DNA from: Takakia lepidozioides
Taxonomy: Eukaryota > Plantae > Bryophyta
Direction: 5' to 3'
DNA length: 64,000 nucleotides
Assembly: GCA_030704615.1 (NCBI GenBank)
Contig: CM060734.1
Coordinates: 35,650,001 to 35,714,000, forward strand
In this document: positions 12,781 to 26,025 of the stretch, in pieces
Layout of the letters: each line of letters starts with the position of its first letter
Numbering within the stretch: the stretch's first letter is position 1
The notes under the pieces: model-generated
Seen by the model: only the letters and a program-made list of their open reading frames with translations
Told to the model about the DNA's origin: nothing
Database searches by the model: none
Position numbers and translations under genes: made by a program

Positions 12781-14235
12781 TCAATCTATGAATCGAGACG
12801 TTTGTTTTGTTTTGTTTTGTTTTGTAGCATCATTGAGATCTCCCAATCCGCGGGTGCTTGGTGCCGTTGGAAAGCCCTCAAGGAGGAGGGGTGCACCACG
12901 GGCTTGGTCTCATGATTTTTGGACAAGCAGTGAGGGAGATATGGAATTCCAAGTACTTTTGGTCACTGGAAATTCACAAAAAATAGAAAAAATTGGCAAA
13001 GTGGGCATGGTTGGAGCCTCGACAGGAGAGATATCAAGGGAAAGGTCTCCGGTTCAAATCTGGTCGTAGGCTCTGTGGAAAAAAAACTTACTTAGATGAC
13101 ATTGGACACTTGGGCCAATGGCAAAGGCTACCCTAGAGGTTGCATTTGGGCCTGGACATAGGAAACGCACTTTGATACATAGGGGATTGCACTTGGACTT
13201 AGAGACACTAGACACTTGGGCCAACGGCACAGGCTACCCTAGTCAATATATGAAGCAAGACGTTTGTTTTGTTTGTAGCGTCGTTGAGATCTCCCAAACC
13301 GCGTGGCCCAACGCTAGTGCTTGGTGCCGTTGGAAAGCCCTAGATCAAGAGGGGTGCACCGGCTTGGTCTCATGATTTTTGAACCAACTGTGTGGGAGAT
13401 GTGGAATTTCAAGTGCTTTTGGGTAGTTGGAAATTCACAAAAAATAGCAAAGTGGGGTTTCCTGGAGCAATGATTGGCCCTTCACATGGGAGATTTTGGA
13501 AATTCAAGTACTTTTGGTCGCTGGAAATTCGCAAAAAAAAATAGCAAAATGGACAATGGTTGGAGCCTCCACAGGAGAGATATCAAGGGAAAGGTCTCCG
13601 GTTCAAATCTGGTTGTAGGGTCTGTGGAAAAAAAATGCATTTGGACTTAGATGACATTGGATATATTACTACTCAATAAATTCATGGAAAAAAATTAATG
13701 GGGCCTTGACATGGGGAGACGTACTTGGATACATAGGAGATTGCACAGTAGGTTTAGATGGGCCTCGACATGGGAGACGCGCATGAGAGATGCCCTTGGA
13801 TACACATAGGAGATTGCACTTGGGCTTAGATGACAGTGGACACTCGGGCCTCTACATGGAAGATGCATTTGGATACATAAAAGATTGCACTTGGGCACTT
13901 GGGCTTAGATGGGCCTCGACATAGGAGACACACCCGGATACATAGGAAATTGCACTTGGTCTTAGATTTCAATTCTTCACACAAGGGCCAATGACACAGG
14001 CTACCCTAGAGGTCGCACTTGTCCTCAACATATGAGACACACTTAATACATAGGAGATCTTGCACTTGGGCTTAGATGACACTAGACACTTGGGCCAACC
14101 ACACACTAGGCTATCCTAGAGGTCGCATTTGAGCCTCGACATAGGGGACGCACTTGGATGAATATAAGGGGATTGCACTTGGACTTAAATGACACTTGGG
14201 CAAACGGCACAGTCTACCCTAGTCAAATACCCTAG
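12781..14235 (+). mobile_element. Non-autonomous Helitron-like element(s), head-to-tail tandem with internal repeats
   Basis: A|TC 5' ends (12781, 13243) share TCAAT-TATGAA-C-AGACGTTTG. 3' ends of GGGC(C/A)AACGGCACAG-CTACCCTAG|T type at 13242 and 14222. Internal GATACATAGGAGATTGCACTTGG repeats. Confidence 0.6.
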
Positions 14236-15273
14236 TCAAAATCTTCTTACTATGGCTTGTTGCAAGGTGAGGACCAAGGCATTCATGTCCTCTCGGTTTC
14301 TTGAAGTCTTGGGTATGTATGAACAATGTCATGTGACAGGTTGAATCTAATGTTTGACTTTAACTTACCTTTATTTGTCAATCCACCTGCTACAGTTGGT
14401 GAATCAGTGCTGCACTGAACTGCAGGACTGGGATTAAAAAATGAAGGAGTACATTCTGCCTGAAGAATAGTCTGACCATTCTGTAGGCAGAATGGACTTC
14501 AGTGTCCAGCTGGACAAAATGTGCCAGGGAACTTGAGCCCTCTGGATATTTGGAAGAATCAGCCACACCTGCTATTAACAAGGACATTTGTACAGATTAC
14601 ACAACCTTACACCTAATATGTAATCTTTTCTCCTTATCATGTGCAGTAGGAGAAGGTGGAACACTGCCAGCCACACAGTTTCCCAGTTTCCTGGCCAGAA
14701 ACATTTGAGAGAGAGTATGGAATGTTCTTGTTACTGTTTTCAAGTGCCGGAAATGGTAGTCTAAAGACAAAGACTCAGGGATTTACCAAATTTGAGGAAT
14801 TGAAGTTGAAGCACCATCGGGCGCTAGAGCTCTCTTTCACTGCAATTGCCCAACGACCAGTTTGGTGCTTCACTGTCCAGAAATATTTGATTGATTGAGT
14901 GACACCAATGGATCTCTGACTTCTCTGCGTGGAGCAGGTGCTGTTACAGGAATGCCTTCCTGATTGTGATTAGCACCCTGACCTAGCATTGTCAAATATC
15001 TAGTTTAAACACAACAACCTTACAGCGATTGGAGGAGCATCCAGACTCGGGTTTTCTCAGCTCTCACACAAGAGGGTTAATGGCAGAGATCCTTCATGGA
15101 TTGATTGCAAACCGAGTAGGTGGGAACATGCCTCAGTCTAAGGCAGATTTGCATGGAAGAAGTTGGTTCCCCTCTGCAGCAGGTGCTAGGAAATTTGGAG
15201 TACTCACTTTTTAGGTCTTCCAAAGAAATGATGATCTTGAATCAAGGGCGATACCTGCTGATTTTTCCCTGCA

Positions 15274-18200
15274 CTAGAAGTGAATCACATCTGGAAGAAT
15301 AATTGGTCTGCCAGTGAGCTTTGTTTTGCATATGGGACACAGTCTGGTCCTCCTCCACTCCTTTTGAGCACATTCATAGCACACACTTGCATGGTTGCAA
15401 GGAATGAAACAAGCCCTTTTTCAGTTATGGAAGTGAAGGAGGAGCCTTCTTTTAGGAGGACAACCTCCAATTTCCTCAAAACAGACGACACACTCTGATC
15501 GGTGTGGCTTGGTCTCTCGCGATACGTGTATGTGTTCTTTGTGTATTCCCTCTCGCATCAGTTCCTTCTCTCTTCTGTGGTGTTTGTCCACCTGTTGTGG
15601 AGCATAGGGACGCTTATTGAGCTTAAAGATAGTGGTTTAAAGGAGGAAGAGAAGGAGGCAGGCCTGAAATGCTTTTGAAACATACTCTATGAACAAGTGT
15701 GATGACGAATACAAGGCTGTATAGTAATGCTCCCTAAGCTTACTTTGAGAACCGCACTTGCACCTACTGCAATAAAGTGGTGGAGAGATGATTATACTAA
15801 TTTTGGTTTTGTGATGTTGATTCCAGACAGTCTGCTGTGCAACCCTCTTCATAACTTGCTCTTTCTACAGGCAATTCCTGCTTGTTCTGCCAAACTGGGT
15901 GCAGGATCTATGGCCACAAGGTTACAGCAAACATCTTATGAGTACATTCTTTCTATAGGAAAACATAAACTTACTCTATGGATGTTGTGCAACATTGGAA
16001 AACAGCTTGACCAAGGGAATGAATCTTACCTCTGTTGACAGCTTTGACCTCAGTCCTTCCAATTCTACAAAGTGCTCATTCTGGAGTTGTTCTCTCATCA
16101 ACTCCTTTTCTCTTTGTTCCTTCTGTAGTTGTTCCAGCATTATCTTCTTCTCTCTTTTGTGATGTTCCTCAACCTGCCAGAAACAAATGAAGGTTGTGAG
16201 TACTGCAGATTCTCTAGCATGGGAGGAAAGGAAGGTGGTATGGTGGCAAGTTGTATCTGGAGGCAGGTAATGCAAATGCTGCTACTTCGGCTCAGCTCTT
16301 CTTGTGGAGACTCTCAAGCCCCAAGTACCAACTTTGGGGCCCTGCCCATGAGGTGTGGTCCAAGAGCTTACATTCTTCCCTCTCGCCAGACTGACAAATG
16401 CATTACATGAGAAACGATGAAGAGAATAGCACGCACTTCTAATTCAACCAAGTGTTCCTTGTGAAGTTGTTCTTGCATATGCTCTTTCTCTCTTTGTTCT
16501 TGCTGTAGTTGTTCTCGAATCAACTCCTTTTCTCTTTCATGGTGCTCCTCAACCTACCAAAGGACCACCACAACCTTCAGCACTAATGATTGTCAAATCA
16601 AGGAAGAAAAATGAAGAAGATTAACTTACAGAGATTCGTTCACCTTGTAAAGCTAACACCACCTACAACATAGGCTCTCTTTCTCACCTTTAGTGCAAAC
16701 ACTTGGGTACTGAGTTTGACAAGGTAATGCCCCTGTCCTTAACCATGTGCACCACACAGTGTGACCTCCAACATATGTGCGAGTGGAATCCAATCAAGAG
16801 CTTCCATGTGGTGGCCACAATGTCTAGGCCCTTAGCAACCAGGAGGAAGTTCATTGAAGGAGAAAAGGAAGGTAGCAAGGAGGGGTGTGTAAGAGGGAAA
16901 ACAAATCTTTTTCTAACCTCAAAATGTGGATAGAACCAAGTAAAGCTTGTGTGCTTGACTCCGAAACCCTGGACTCTGTTAAAGACTTGCCATCGTTATC
17001 GTGCCACACACTGGTCAGTGATATACACAGCTTGAACGGAAAAATGGTACTCTTTCATGATTTTTCTGAAATATGAAACTTTGTTGCAAAGGTAGACCCC
17101 ACAACACATTCATTCCTGGAGCCATAACGGGGTACCACTCACTAGAGTAAGAAACTTAGCCCAATTGGGTAATAGAGATATGAAGTGGTTTTGGTTGCAC
17201 TTGTATTAATAAAAAAGGCTGGTCCTTCTAAGAACATGAATGTACTCGCAAGACCTTTGCCATAGCCTTGTGGCCATACCACACCCAGTTTGGGCGGAAC
17301 AAGAACAAGAAAGAAACAGAGGGATTTGTAACAAACAGAGAGGGCTGTCCTCAGTTGCATGCCATTGCTTTCATAGATCCTGCGGCAAGTTTGGCCAGAG
17401 CAGAATCACCAGCACATGCAGGGACTTCGCAAGAATTGAACTTGCAACCTTGCACCATGAGCAAGAATCATCCCCATAGATCCAATGACCACATCTATAG
17501 AGAGGAGAGGGGGAGCAATTTGTGCATGCAAGATGACATTCCTTCTTGAGGGAGGAAAGGCAAGTCAATTCACTTTAGGTGTGGATGAAAATACGAAGGA
17601 AATGGGGGACCACGCAACCTCCAGCAGATCTGTGTTGTTTCAATTTCATTTGATTATGTGACCTGCGCAAGCTGAACTCAAGCTCAGTCATATGATTTTG
17701 CAACTCCAAAGCACGTAAGCTCTCGCGCTTCATGCTTGCCATAAGTTTTCGCTCCATCACTTCAGCAACTTTAAACCTGTGGCAAGCAAATAGGAAAGTT
17801 TTAGGAGAAATTAATAATGCAACAACCCATCCCTGAAAATTTCTCCAACTCTCTCCACACAAAACATATGTCAAAATGCTTTATGACAACCACAACTTGA
17901 GGATCCCTTCTACTGCTCCAAACTAACTGTGAAACTCAACAGACAAAAGCACGCCAAAAGAATGTAATCATGCAGTTCCCTGAGAACGTTGGCTTGCCAT
18001 AGCCTTACAGCCATTGACCCCGCGGGAAACTAACTCTCCTGGAGTCTTTTGTGGAGTTCGCACCCACCAGGGTTTAGCTTATCCCCTCAGCTCAGCTGCA
18101 GGTATAAACTCGTCTTCCTGCAACTGTCATTAAGGTGCTCGTGGAGGCACTTGTCCACATGCAAACACGACAGCCCGGTTGCAGGATTCTGATTTTAGTT

Positions 18201-19290
18201 TTATAGCCCTGCGTTTACATGCCTGGGAACACCAAAGACAAAAGCACACCAACGGAGGAGGACATGATGAGATCATAATCTTTGGCTTCTGGTCATCTGG
18301 GGCCTCACCAAGTTTGGGAAGACCTGCAGAACTGTGTTTAAGATTTGGAAGGGAGAAGCAAAAACGAAGAGAGCAGAATGATTCTGCTGAGGGACTTCAT
18401 CCAAGGTTCAGATTCAATGGAGGAAGGGAGAAAGTGGGAAGAAAAGTGGAGGCCAAGGAGGAAGGGAGAACATGACCTTTCCCTCAACTTCAACAATGAA
18501 TATAATGAAGAACTCACTTTTCTCTAAGTTCCTCATCATCAGCTCCATACTATAGAATGCGCACCATTTGGAGGCGCTCCAGGCAGTCCCTTGCCAGAAG
18601 AGTCCAGTTGAGAGAAGACTCTTGTTGCATTTGGCTATCCTTCTCTTCAACGTCAGCCAGAGTAAGTTGAAGCTTTGCACAACATTCCTCTTCATTCAGC
18701 TGCAATTGGCAGAACTTTGGGATCATGGAGCATCCAGGAAGTAAATGGAATGAGATGTACTCTGCACTACTCACTGATACACTCACGCAAATTTGTCTAA
18801 CAGAAGCGGTTGCCAACAACTTGAGACACTGTGCTTAGGATGGTGCCTAACTTGGGAAGAAAAAAGAGAATGACAGGAACTGCGAAATGTCTACAAGAAG
18901 CCCATAGGCTGTATACCACCAAAGCCTGGAACAAGGTTTAGCCTTAGGTGGGGAGTAGGAAAATTCTTTCCAAATACTAAGGTAACCATCTATGTTCCTC
19001 AAAAGACCCCATTGGAACAAAATTATTAGCTGGCGGTGGCAGTATGGGGTGATTAGTGACTACCTGATGAAGAGTACCTCATATGATGGAGAGAAAATGA
19101 GGAGGACGTTCCTACCTCTTCATCGTATGTCCTCCTTGCCAGTAGGGCCTCCTCCTTCTTTTCCTTTATCATTTGGTCTGCTGCTTGTATGGTAGTCATT
19201 AACTCTCCTATCCGAAAATCAGAAGGCATCGTTTCCTCTTCTGCAGTGGCAATTTTTACCACAGTTCCACTTCCCACCTGCTTCTCCTGC
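15274..19290 (-). pseudogene. Multi-exon coiled-coil plus C-terminal RING-HC gene, disabled
   Basis: Last exon 15591-15274 reads VDKHHRREKELM...ECVVCFEEIGG...N*KRACFIPCNHASVCYECAQKEWRRTRLCPICKTKL...IHF* with in-frame TGA at 15421-15423. Coiled-coil exons at about 16010-16172, 16430-16553, 17630-17777, 18520-18700 and 19110-19287. Confidence 0.75.
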
Positions 19291-20389
19291 AAACCAGCAA
19301 ATTCCAGTATTCATGACAGAAGGCGAAGTAAAAATTTTGCAAGTGTATCTGGCATCTAACAAATCAAACCAAAAACTGCCCTAATTGCTGAAAGACATTT
19401 CAGAAAACGGAACTGTTTGCATAGAGCAGTATGGGAGCGATTGATGGTCAGGGTCTACCCGATTCCAACCAAGATTGACCAATTGACAGCTAACAGGAAG
19501 CCCACTTGGAGTCTTTGGCACTATGATCTCGTACGGAAGCTAAGCACACCAAGTGTGCATCATGTTTGTTTATGTGCTATAAGGATCTGGGGTTAGGATC
19601 AGTCAGTTTGAGTGTAGAAACTGCTTGTGGAAAGTGCTGCAAACAACTTGATTAAAGCTCCAGATTGGATCCTTGAGGCTCTTCCATTGGCATGGTACTC
19701 CAGAGCTGTTTAAGCATCCTGCCATTTCACAGAGGAATAACATTTGAACATTCCTTCTATGATAACTTTTTTGCCCAAATATACCTGCCTTAGAGCTACT
19801 CAGTCCTAATTGGGCTTTTGCCAGATATTCCGCAAACCTCTTCATGCACGACTCCCTACGCCCCTCCTCAGCACAATGAAAGACAAAACTTTATGCCGAT
19901 GTATAATCAATCTGTAGTTCAGCAGACTCTTATAATGTTACCTTGATAGTTTTAGTTTCTCACCGTCGATTCGAGCAACCCTGTTCACCATAGAAATAAT
20001 CTTGACAATATGGGAAGCAGTTCGGCCCTACTTGATCAAAGCAATAATCACAGACAAGTGTAAATTGGTAATGATGTGTACTTCCAGATTGTGTATATGC
20101 AAACCTACTTCACCGAATGGAGGAAGCAGAGTCCATACAGCACTCTAATCCCCCAATGTCGGGATGTTTGAATTATTGCCATGGAAGCTGCACTGAAGGG
20201 GCCTCATGGTAGTTGCTTTAAGCAACCATGCTTCTGTACTACACTAACCATGGTTCCAAGCTGCGATGCTTTCAAGTTAATATTGTGTCTCTACAACAGA
20301 AGAAGCTTGCAGTGCCACTTCAAGTGGAGGTGACAAAATAAGTACTGCAGAAGTTCATGCATAAAGGAAGCAACCTGACTTTGTTGTGA

Positions 20390-22290
20390 CTTAGCAAAGA
20401 TAGCATCCACTTGTTGATCTGGAAATGAACCTGCTATGTACATAAAGAGATTGAATGCCTGCATCAAACACTAGATGTCACTTCAGGATATCATGACACT
20501 TTAATCCAAAGAATGGCTATCATGTTAAGGATGCCAGACAGTTACACCCAGCCATTGCTGAAGAGCACCGACATGAGAAGGTCGTGCAACAGAATAAGCA
20601 GCTAGTTAGGATGATTCTCTTTTGGCAGAAGATAGTGAGCACCAGCCTCAATAGGAATAAAGGTTGATGCCTCTGCAAGGCGATCATATGATGCAACTAT
20701 GAGAGGGAAGCACGTGCCGTATTGAATCATCGGGCCACTCGGTCAGAGCCCAAATGGCATCTAGATGATCCTCTGTAAACTGCTTCTTCTCCACCAAGAA
20801 CTTGATAGTTGTCTTCACCTGTTACATGCAATTATGTAAGCCATCACTCTGTAGAACAGCTGATCGAGCATACACTTGACTAGATAGGGAATGCATGTTG
20901 AAGTATGATGTTTGCGATACATACACTCACCTCATTGACCAATTTCTTCTCATGGAGATAAGACCTCAGGACATCAACAGAGATCTTCTGCACCAGTAAT
21001 TTGTTGTTCATACCGGAATTTTTTCTGCACAGTATGAAAGCAAGAATAAGGAAGTGCTTGCCACCAAACAAAAGGCACTTCAATATGTGAGCTCACCAAT
21101 TGAAGCTGCTGCAAGGATCAATTCTACGTTTGAAAAAATCCTCCAACTAGAACATCCTCACCTCAAAATGGCTGTGAATCCCTAGGGGAAACCACATCCT
21201 TGGCTTGGAAGAAGAGTACAACACAGAATACAAGTGGTGACAATACTAAGCAGGGACATTTTGCTCGTTCAGTGTCATGGCCGGGTAAGTTGTTTACCCC
21301 ACAATCAGTTCTGGAGGGTCTATGCCTATGGTCTGTGATATCCTCAAGGGTTGCCCTCAATTAAACTTTAACACATGCTGTGATAGATCACTTTTTGAGC
21401 AAGCACAACATATACTTCAATGCCACATGAAACAAGTACTTCTTCATGTTCTATTAAGTCAGTGGCACATGAGATACTGCCGTGAGGCTAGCTGGTGAAA
21501 CTGCTCAAGGAGCCATCAGACTGTCAGAGCATCAACCTAATCACAACAGTCTGTTCCTCAGTAGGAAGATAATGAATTTTCAATGCTGGTGTGCAGATCC
21601 ACTGAGGCACAGTGTTCAACAAAATAGCTGAAACAAGGGTTGCACTGAGTGCCTACAGTTCCATCTTACCACCCCATTCTCCAAGGGAACAAATGAGTTG
21701 TCAAATCTATAGAGTGGCGAGAAGCTAAGAAGGATCCTATCACGGAATATATATAAGAGCTTAAACATGAGAATGAGCGGTAATCTAGTAACTTGAAATT
21801 CCAAATGGACACAACTTGACAATCTCCACCAGAGACCTGAAACAGATTTCATGCATCTTTAATCTTACAAGCCAGATGACAGGCCAGACCTGTCAAAGGG
21901 GAGGCATTCTACCTTGAAGCTTTACCCTGAGCAATCTTCAGACGTTTCTCCATTTCAATAACTGCGACTGGTTATCCATGGATGCACACTTAACTGTTTC
22001 CTCCACCATCTTTCTCGGGACACAACTGATCCTCCTTTTGACAGAATTTGAAATTGAATATAATTGGTGTTGGATAGATGAAAGGGTCTCCCTTGCATCC
22101 AAGTTACTTTTGACAAGAAAAGTCAGAATTCGGTTGCAGGGTTCCAGAAAGGACACTGCGACCTTGTCGGTCAGAAATTCGATGTTGTTTGTAAAGGGAA
22201 GCAGAAGAGCTTCAATGACATCGAGCTGCAACTTCTGTGGCTGATTAAGGACAGTCATCAATTGCTTGTACCCATTACCGTAAGGCGTTT
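20390..22290 (-). pseudogene. USP9X/USP24/USP34-like deubiquitinase N-terminal helical region, fragment
   Basis: Spliced segments GYKQLMTVLNQPQKLQLDVIEALLLPFTNNIEFLT / VLRSYLHEKKLVNE-VKTTIKFLVEKKQFTEDHLDAIW / AFNLFMYIAGSFPDQQVDAIF resemble, in order, the N-terminal repeats of USP9X/24 as recalled. In-frame stops present; no catalytic domain. Confidence 0.65.
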
Positions 22291-22329
22291 GCTCCTCTTG
22301 GAAGACCCCAACGCCAACGTACCCCTACC

Positions 22330-25030
22330 CCTAGCTCACATGTTCATGATGCGCACCAAAGTCCAAGCTCCAGACACCAAATTCAAGAAGAGTCGTCATC
22401 TTCACAACGGTCTTCTCCACCGTTGATTCCAGGTTCTTCCATTGGCGCCCCACCGACCGAAGAACTCCCACAGTGTCTGTTGAGCCCTCCCCCGCTGCGC
22501 CTCTTAGGTAGGGTTCGAGGTCCCACGCCAATCACTTCTCCTCTTCTCCTCCAGGTTCTCCATCCTATTCTCGGCAACGGCTTCAAGGCAGCCCAACTCC
22601 TCTTGGTCATGAGCCTCTCCACGTGCCTTCTTCACCAGTTGTGCAGCCTGCATTGCCGACCCCATCACTCTTACCCCAACAGCAGGCGCCTCTCCCATCA
22701 GACCGTACCCCATGCCCAGCTTGCGGTCGTCTTTTTGCGCGCATCAGAGGGCTTGCGCAACACCAGCGCACGTGTGCGGCTCTTCATCAGTCCCACACAA
22801 ATGGTACTTCTCCATTTCAGCCCAGTGTCTTGCACGCGCCACCTCCTGCCTCTGCTTGGCATTGGCTTTCAGCGCTAGATGTTCTGGGCGCATTTCAGCT
22901 AGGACTGCCAAGGCCTCGTCTTTATACAAGAATTTCGGTGGCACTACGTCATGAGGTCCAACTGGCACTCCGTCTACCCTTAGACTGGCTCGTGATCCTG
23001 ATGATATACCAGCATGGTATCTTTTCTTGTTATTTCGTCAGTGGTGTTTGGTTTTGCCCCCTCGTGGCGATTAGTCAGGGCACAGAGAGACGCGCATCCG
23101 TCTTCGCCGTTTTTTATCTGGAGATTGGGAGAGTCTGCAAGATGAGCATCAATTACGGGCACTAGCCCTTGCGGCACGCGCCCCTCCCGCTTCCTCCACG
23201 CAGCCACCCTCATCGGCCCACATGCGACTTCGTCATAGTCTCATGTTAGGCCGCGTTGGCGAGTACTCACGCGCGGCCAAGGCTTTAGCACCTTCCTCAC
23301 CAGCGCCTCCATCACCGGATATTGTCACTGCCCTCGAAGCCCTTCACCCATCAGCTCAGGATATTCTGCCGCTTTTTGTTGAGGACTTCGAGCCAGACCA
23401 GGATCTCAAGCTAGATCGGGAGGTCTTCACTCAGGCCTTCACGCGCAGTCCCCATCTTGCAGCGGCAGGTCCTTCTGGTCTCCTGTATGAGCACTTACGC
23501 GACTGTTTCTCTCTACATGACTCTGCTAGTGGCTTCTCTCATGTATTTCAGATTTGCTCCTTTATTGCTGCTGGCCGTATCCCTGCCCTAGTGGCCCGTC
23601 TCCTTGGGGCCTCCAGATTGTTGGCTATGAGCAAACCCTCAGGTACTGGCATCCGCCCTATCGCAGTTGGAGAGGTTCTTTACCGCCTTGTCAGCCGCTC
23701 ACTTTGTCTTCACTTTCGAGATACCTTCTTCGGACATCTCTTTCCGCACCAGTTCGGGGTCGCCACTCCAGGCGGTTGCGAGGCGGTGGTTCAGGGGATT
23801 CGTGCAGCTCTTGATCTTCATCCGGATTGGATGGTTCTCCAGGTCGACGTCACCAACGCTTTCAACATTGTGTCACGAGCGGCTATCTTTCAGGAGCTCC
23901 GTTCAGCTGGAGGAGATTTCCACCAGCTCATTCCGTTTGTTCAATTATTCTATGCATCCACCACTCCTCTATACTACAGTCATCATTCTCGCCTAGGTGA
24001 GTGCTCCATCATTCAGTCCGAGGTTGGGACCCGCCAAGGCGACCCTTTAGGAGGACCTTTGTTTGCCATGGCCCATGTCCGCGCCCTCACGGCTTCTGCA
24101 CAAGTTCACTCATCTTGTCTTTTTCCGTCGGTGGCAGACGACACGCACATTGTAGGCCCTGCCTCACAGGTACTTTCAGCTTACTATCATTTTGTCATCC
24201 AACTCTCTACCATGGGCCTTTCAGTGGAACCTCGCAAATGTGCGGTGTGGTCTCCGTCCGGTCTCCCTGCAGATTTTGTCCTCCCTGTTCACTTCATTGC
24301 TCAGCCCAATGGCATCAAAATCCTGGGAGTCCCTTTTGGCACCACCCAGTTCACAACGTCCTTCTTGGAAGATGCACTCCACCAGGATGCCACCCACGCC
24401 GATCTCCTTCCTAGGCTCGGAGATGTACAGGTAGCATATGGAATCTTGACCAAATGTTTCCTTCAGCGTCCCTCATATCTCTTGCGCACTGTTCCACCCA
24501 GCCCAGATTTCCTACACCTCTTATCTGGGTTTGATACTACCATGGTGACTATCTTCGGGAGATTGTTAGGACTATGAGCTCTGGAGGGTGCTCAGGGACT
24601 TTTGCCACGACAGCAATCCACCTTGCCCGTCTCTTCCGGTGGTGTGGGTCTTTTGTCCACTGTCACTACCGCCCCGTCAGCTTTCCTCGGCAGTTGGGCA
24701 TTGGTGGCGTCAGCCCTCGCTTCATGATTTCTCTGTGACCATCGTCTCATCCTTATGGACGCCGTTGCACATGTCGATAGTGGCATTTTACCCTTCTAGC
24801 AGAATCCCCGCTCTGCACGAGATCTTCTTTCGGCGCCGGCGCGAGCATGTCTACCACCATTTGAGCAGTTGGTTGCTCAAGGCCTCGACCATCTTCAGGA
24901 GTCCATTTCTGAGCGCGTGCACCGTCATTCTTTTTTCCGGCATGCTCTCAAGGGCTTCTTCTGAGTTGCATCGAACCCGACTTCTATCATGCGCAGGACC
25001 CGGAGCAGGGGCATGGTCGACAGCACGACT
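22330..25030 (+). mobile_element. CRE/R2-group (RLE-type) non-LTR retrotransposon, 3'-truncated and frameshifted
   Basis: Zinc finger CPAC...HQRTC (~22710). RT ORF 23222-24577 with IRPIAVGE, QFGV..GGCEA, DVTNAFN, GTRQGDPLG, SVADD and ILGVPFG; thumb GGVGL; ends at LSCAGPGAGAW. Confidence 0.85.
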
Positions 25031-25329
25031 AAATTGCAGGTCCAATTGATTTTTTCACCTATGGTTGTTTTGCATGCAATTACATAGGGGTTGAAATCTC
25101 AAAATTGACAAGAGAAAATGTGCCTCCAAATGAAGTACTTTTTTTTCTACAAAATTTTTAAAAGCCAATGGTGGATGTGTGTATGTAATGCTCACACGCC
25201 ACAAGGTGAAGTGCTTAGAGGTGTCTTCCTCTCCCATCTCTCTCTTCCAAGTTGTAAATAAGGCTCCCACATTCTGGCAGGGGTTATTATGAAGGTAAAG
25301 ATTTAAAATTGAATGAAATGTGGTGTCGT

Positions 25330-26025
25330 GGAATCCGATGACGCAGGATATGCCCAACATGGTTGTCATAGGGAGATCCTGCAACTATTTGAATGAATGC
25401 AAAAGAACGGCTTGAAGCCGGATAGTATCACCTTTATATGTGTTCTCTCTGCATGTAGCCACACTGGCCTACTGAATGAAGGAAGACGCTACTTCGATTC
25501 CCTGAGTCAAGATCATGGTGTCACCCCACCAGTCTAGCACTTTGGCTGCATGGTGGATCTTCGTGCGGGACAACTACATGAGGCAGTGGACGTGATTAAT
25601 AAAATGCCAATCAATCCATGCTGCAGCTGGCAGGTGGGATGACACTGCAAAGGTGAGAAGAATGATGAAGGTCAGAGGGGTTAGAAAGGAGCCACATGAG
25701 AAGTTGCATCCCAGAATTAAGGAAATCCATGCTGTGCTGAGAAGAGCGTCTGGGCAGATGAAGGAGGCGGGGTATGTGCTTGACACACTTTTTTTCTTGC
25801 ATGATGTGGAGGAAATGAATATTCTCTTTGCCACCACAGTGAAAAACTGACCATTGGTTTTGGGCTGATCAGCACGACTCATCAAGACTCTTCGAGTGTG
25901 TGGAGACTGCCACACCTCCACCAAATTCATCTCAAAGATTGTTGGCCAAGCAATTGTTGTATGGGACACTAACTACTTTCCACCACTTTGAAGATGGGAT
26001 TTGTTCTTGTGGTGATTACTGGTGA
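25330..26025 (+). pseudogene. PPR E/DYW RNA-editing factor remnant
   Basis: KPDSITFICVLSACSHTG, GYVLDT, HSEKL, LRVCGDCH, HHFEDGICSCGDYW*, with stops, frameshifts and deletions. Confidence 0.9.
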
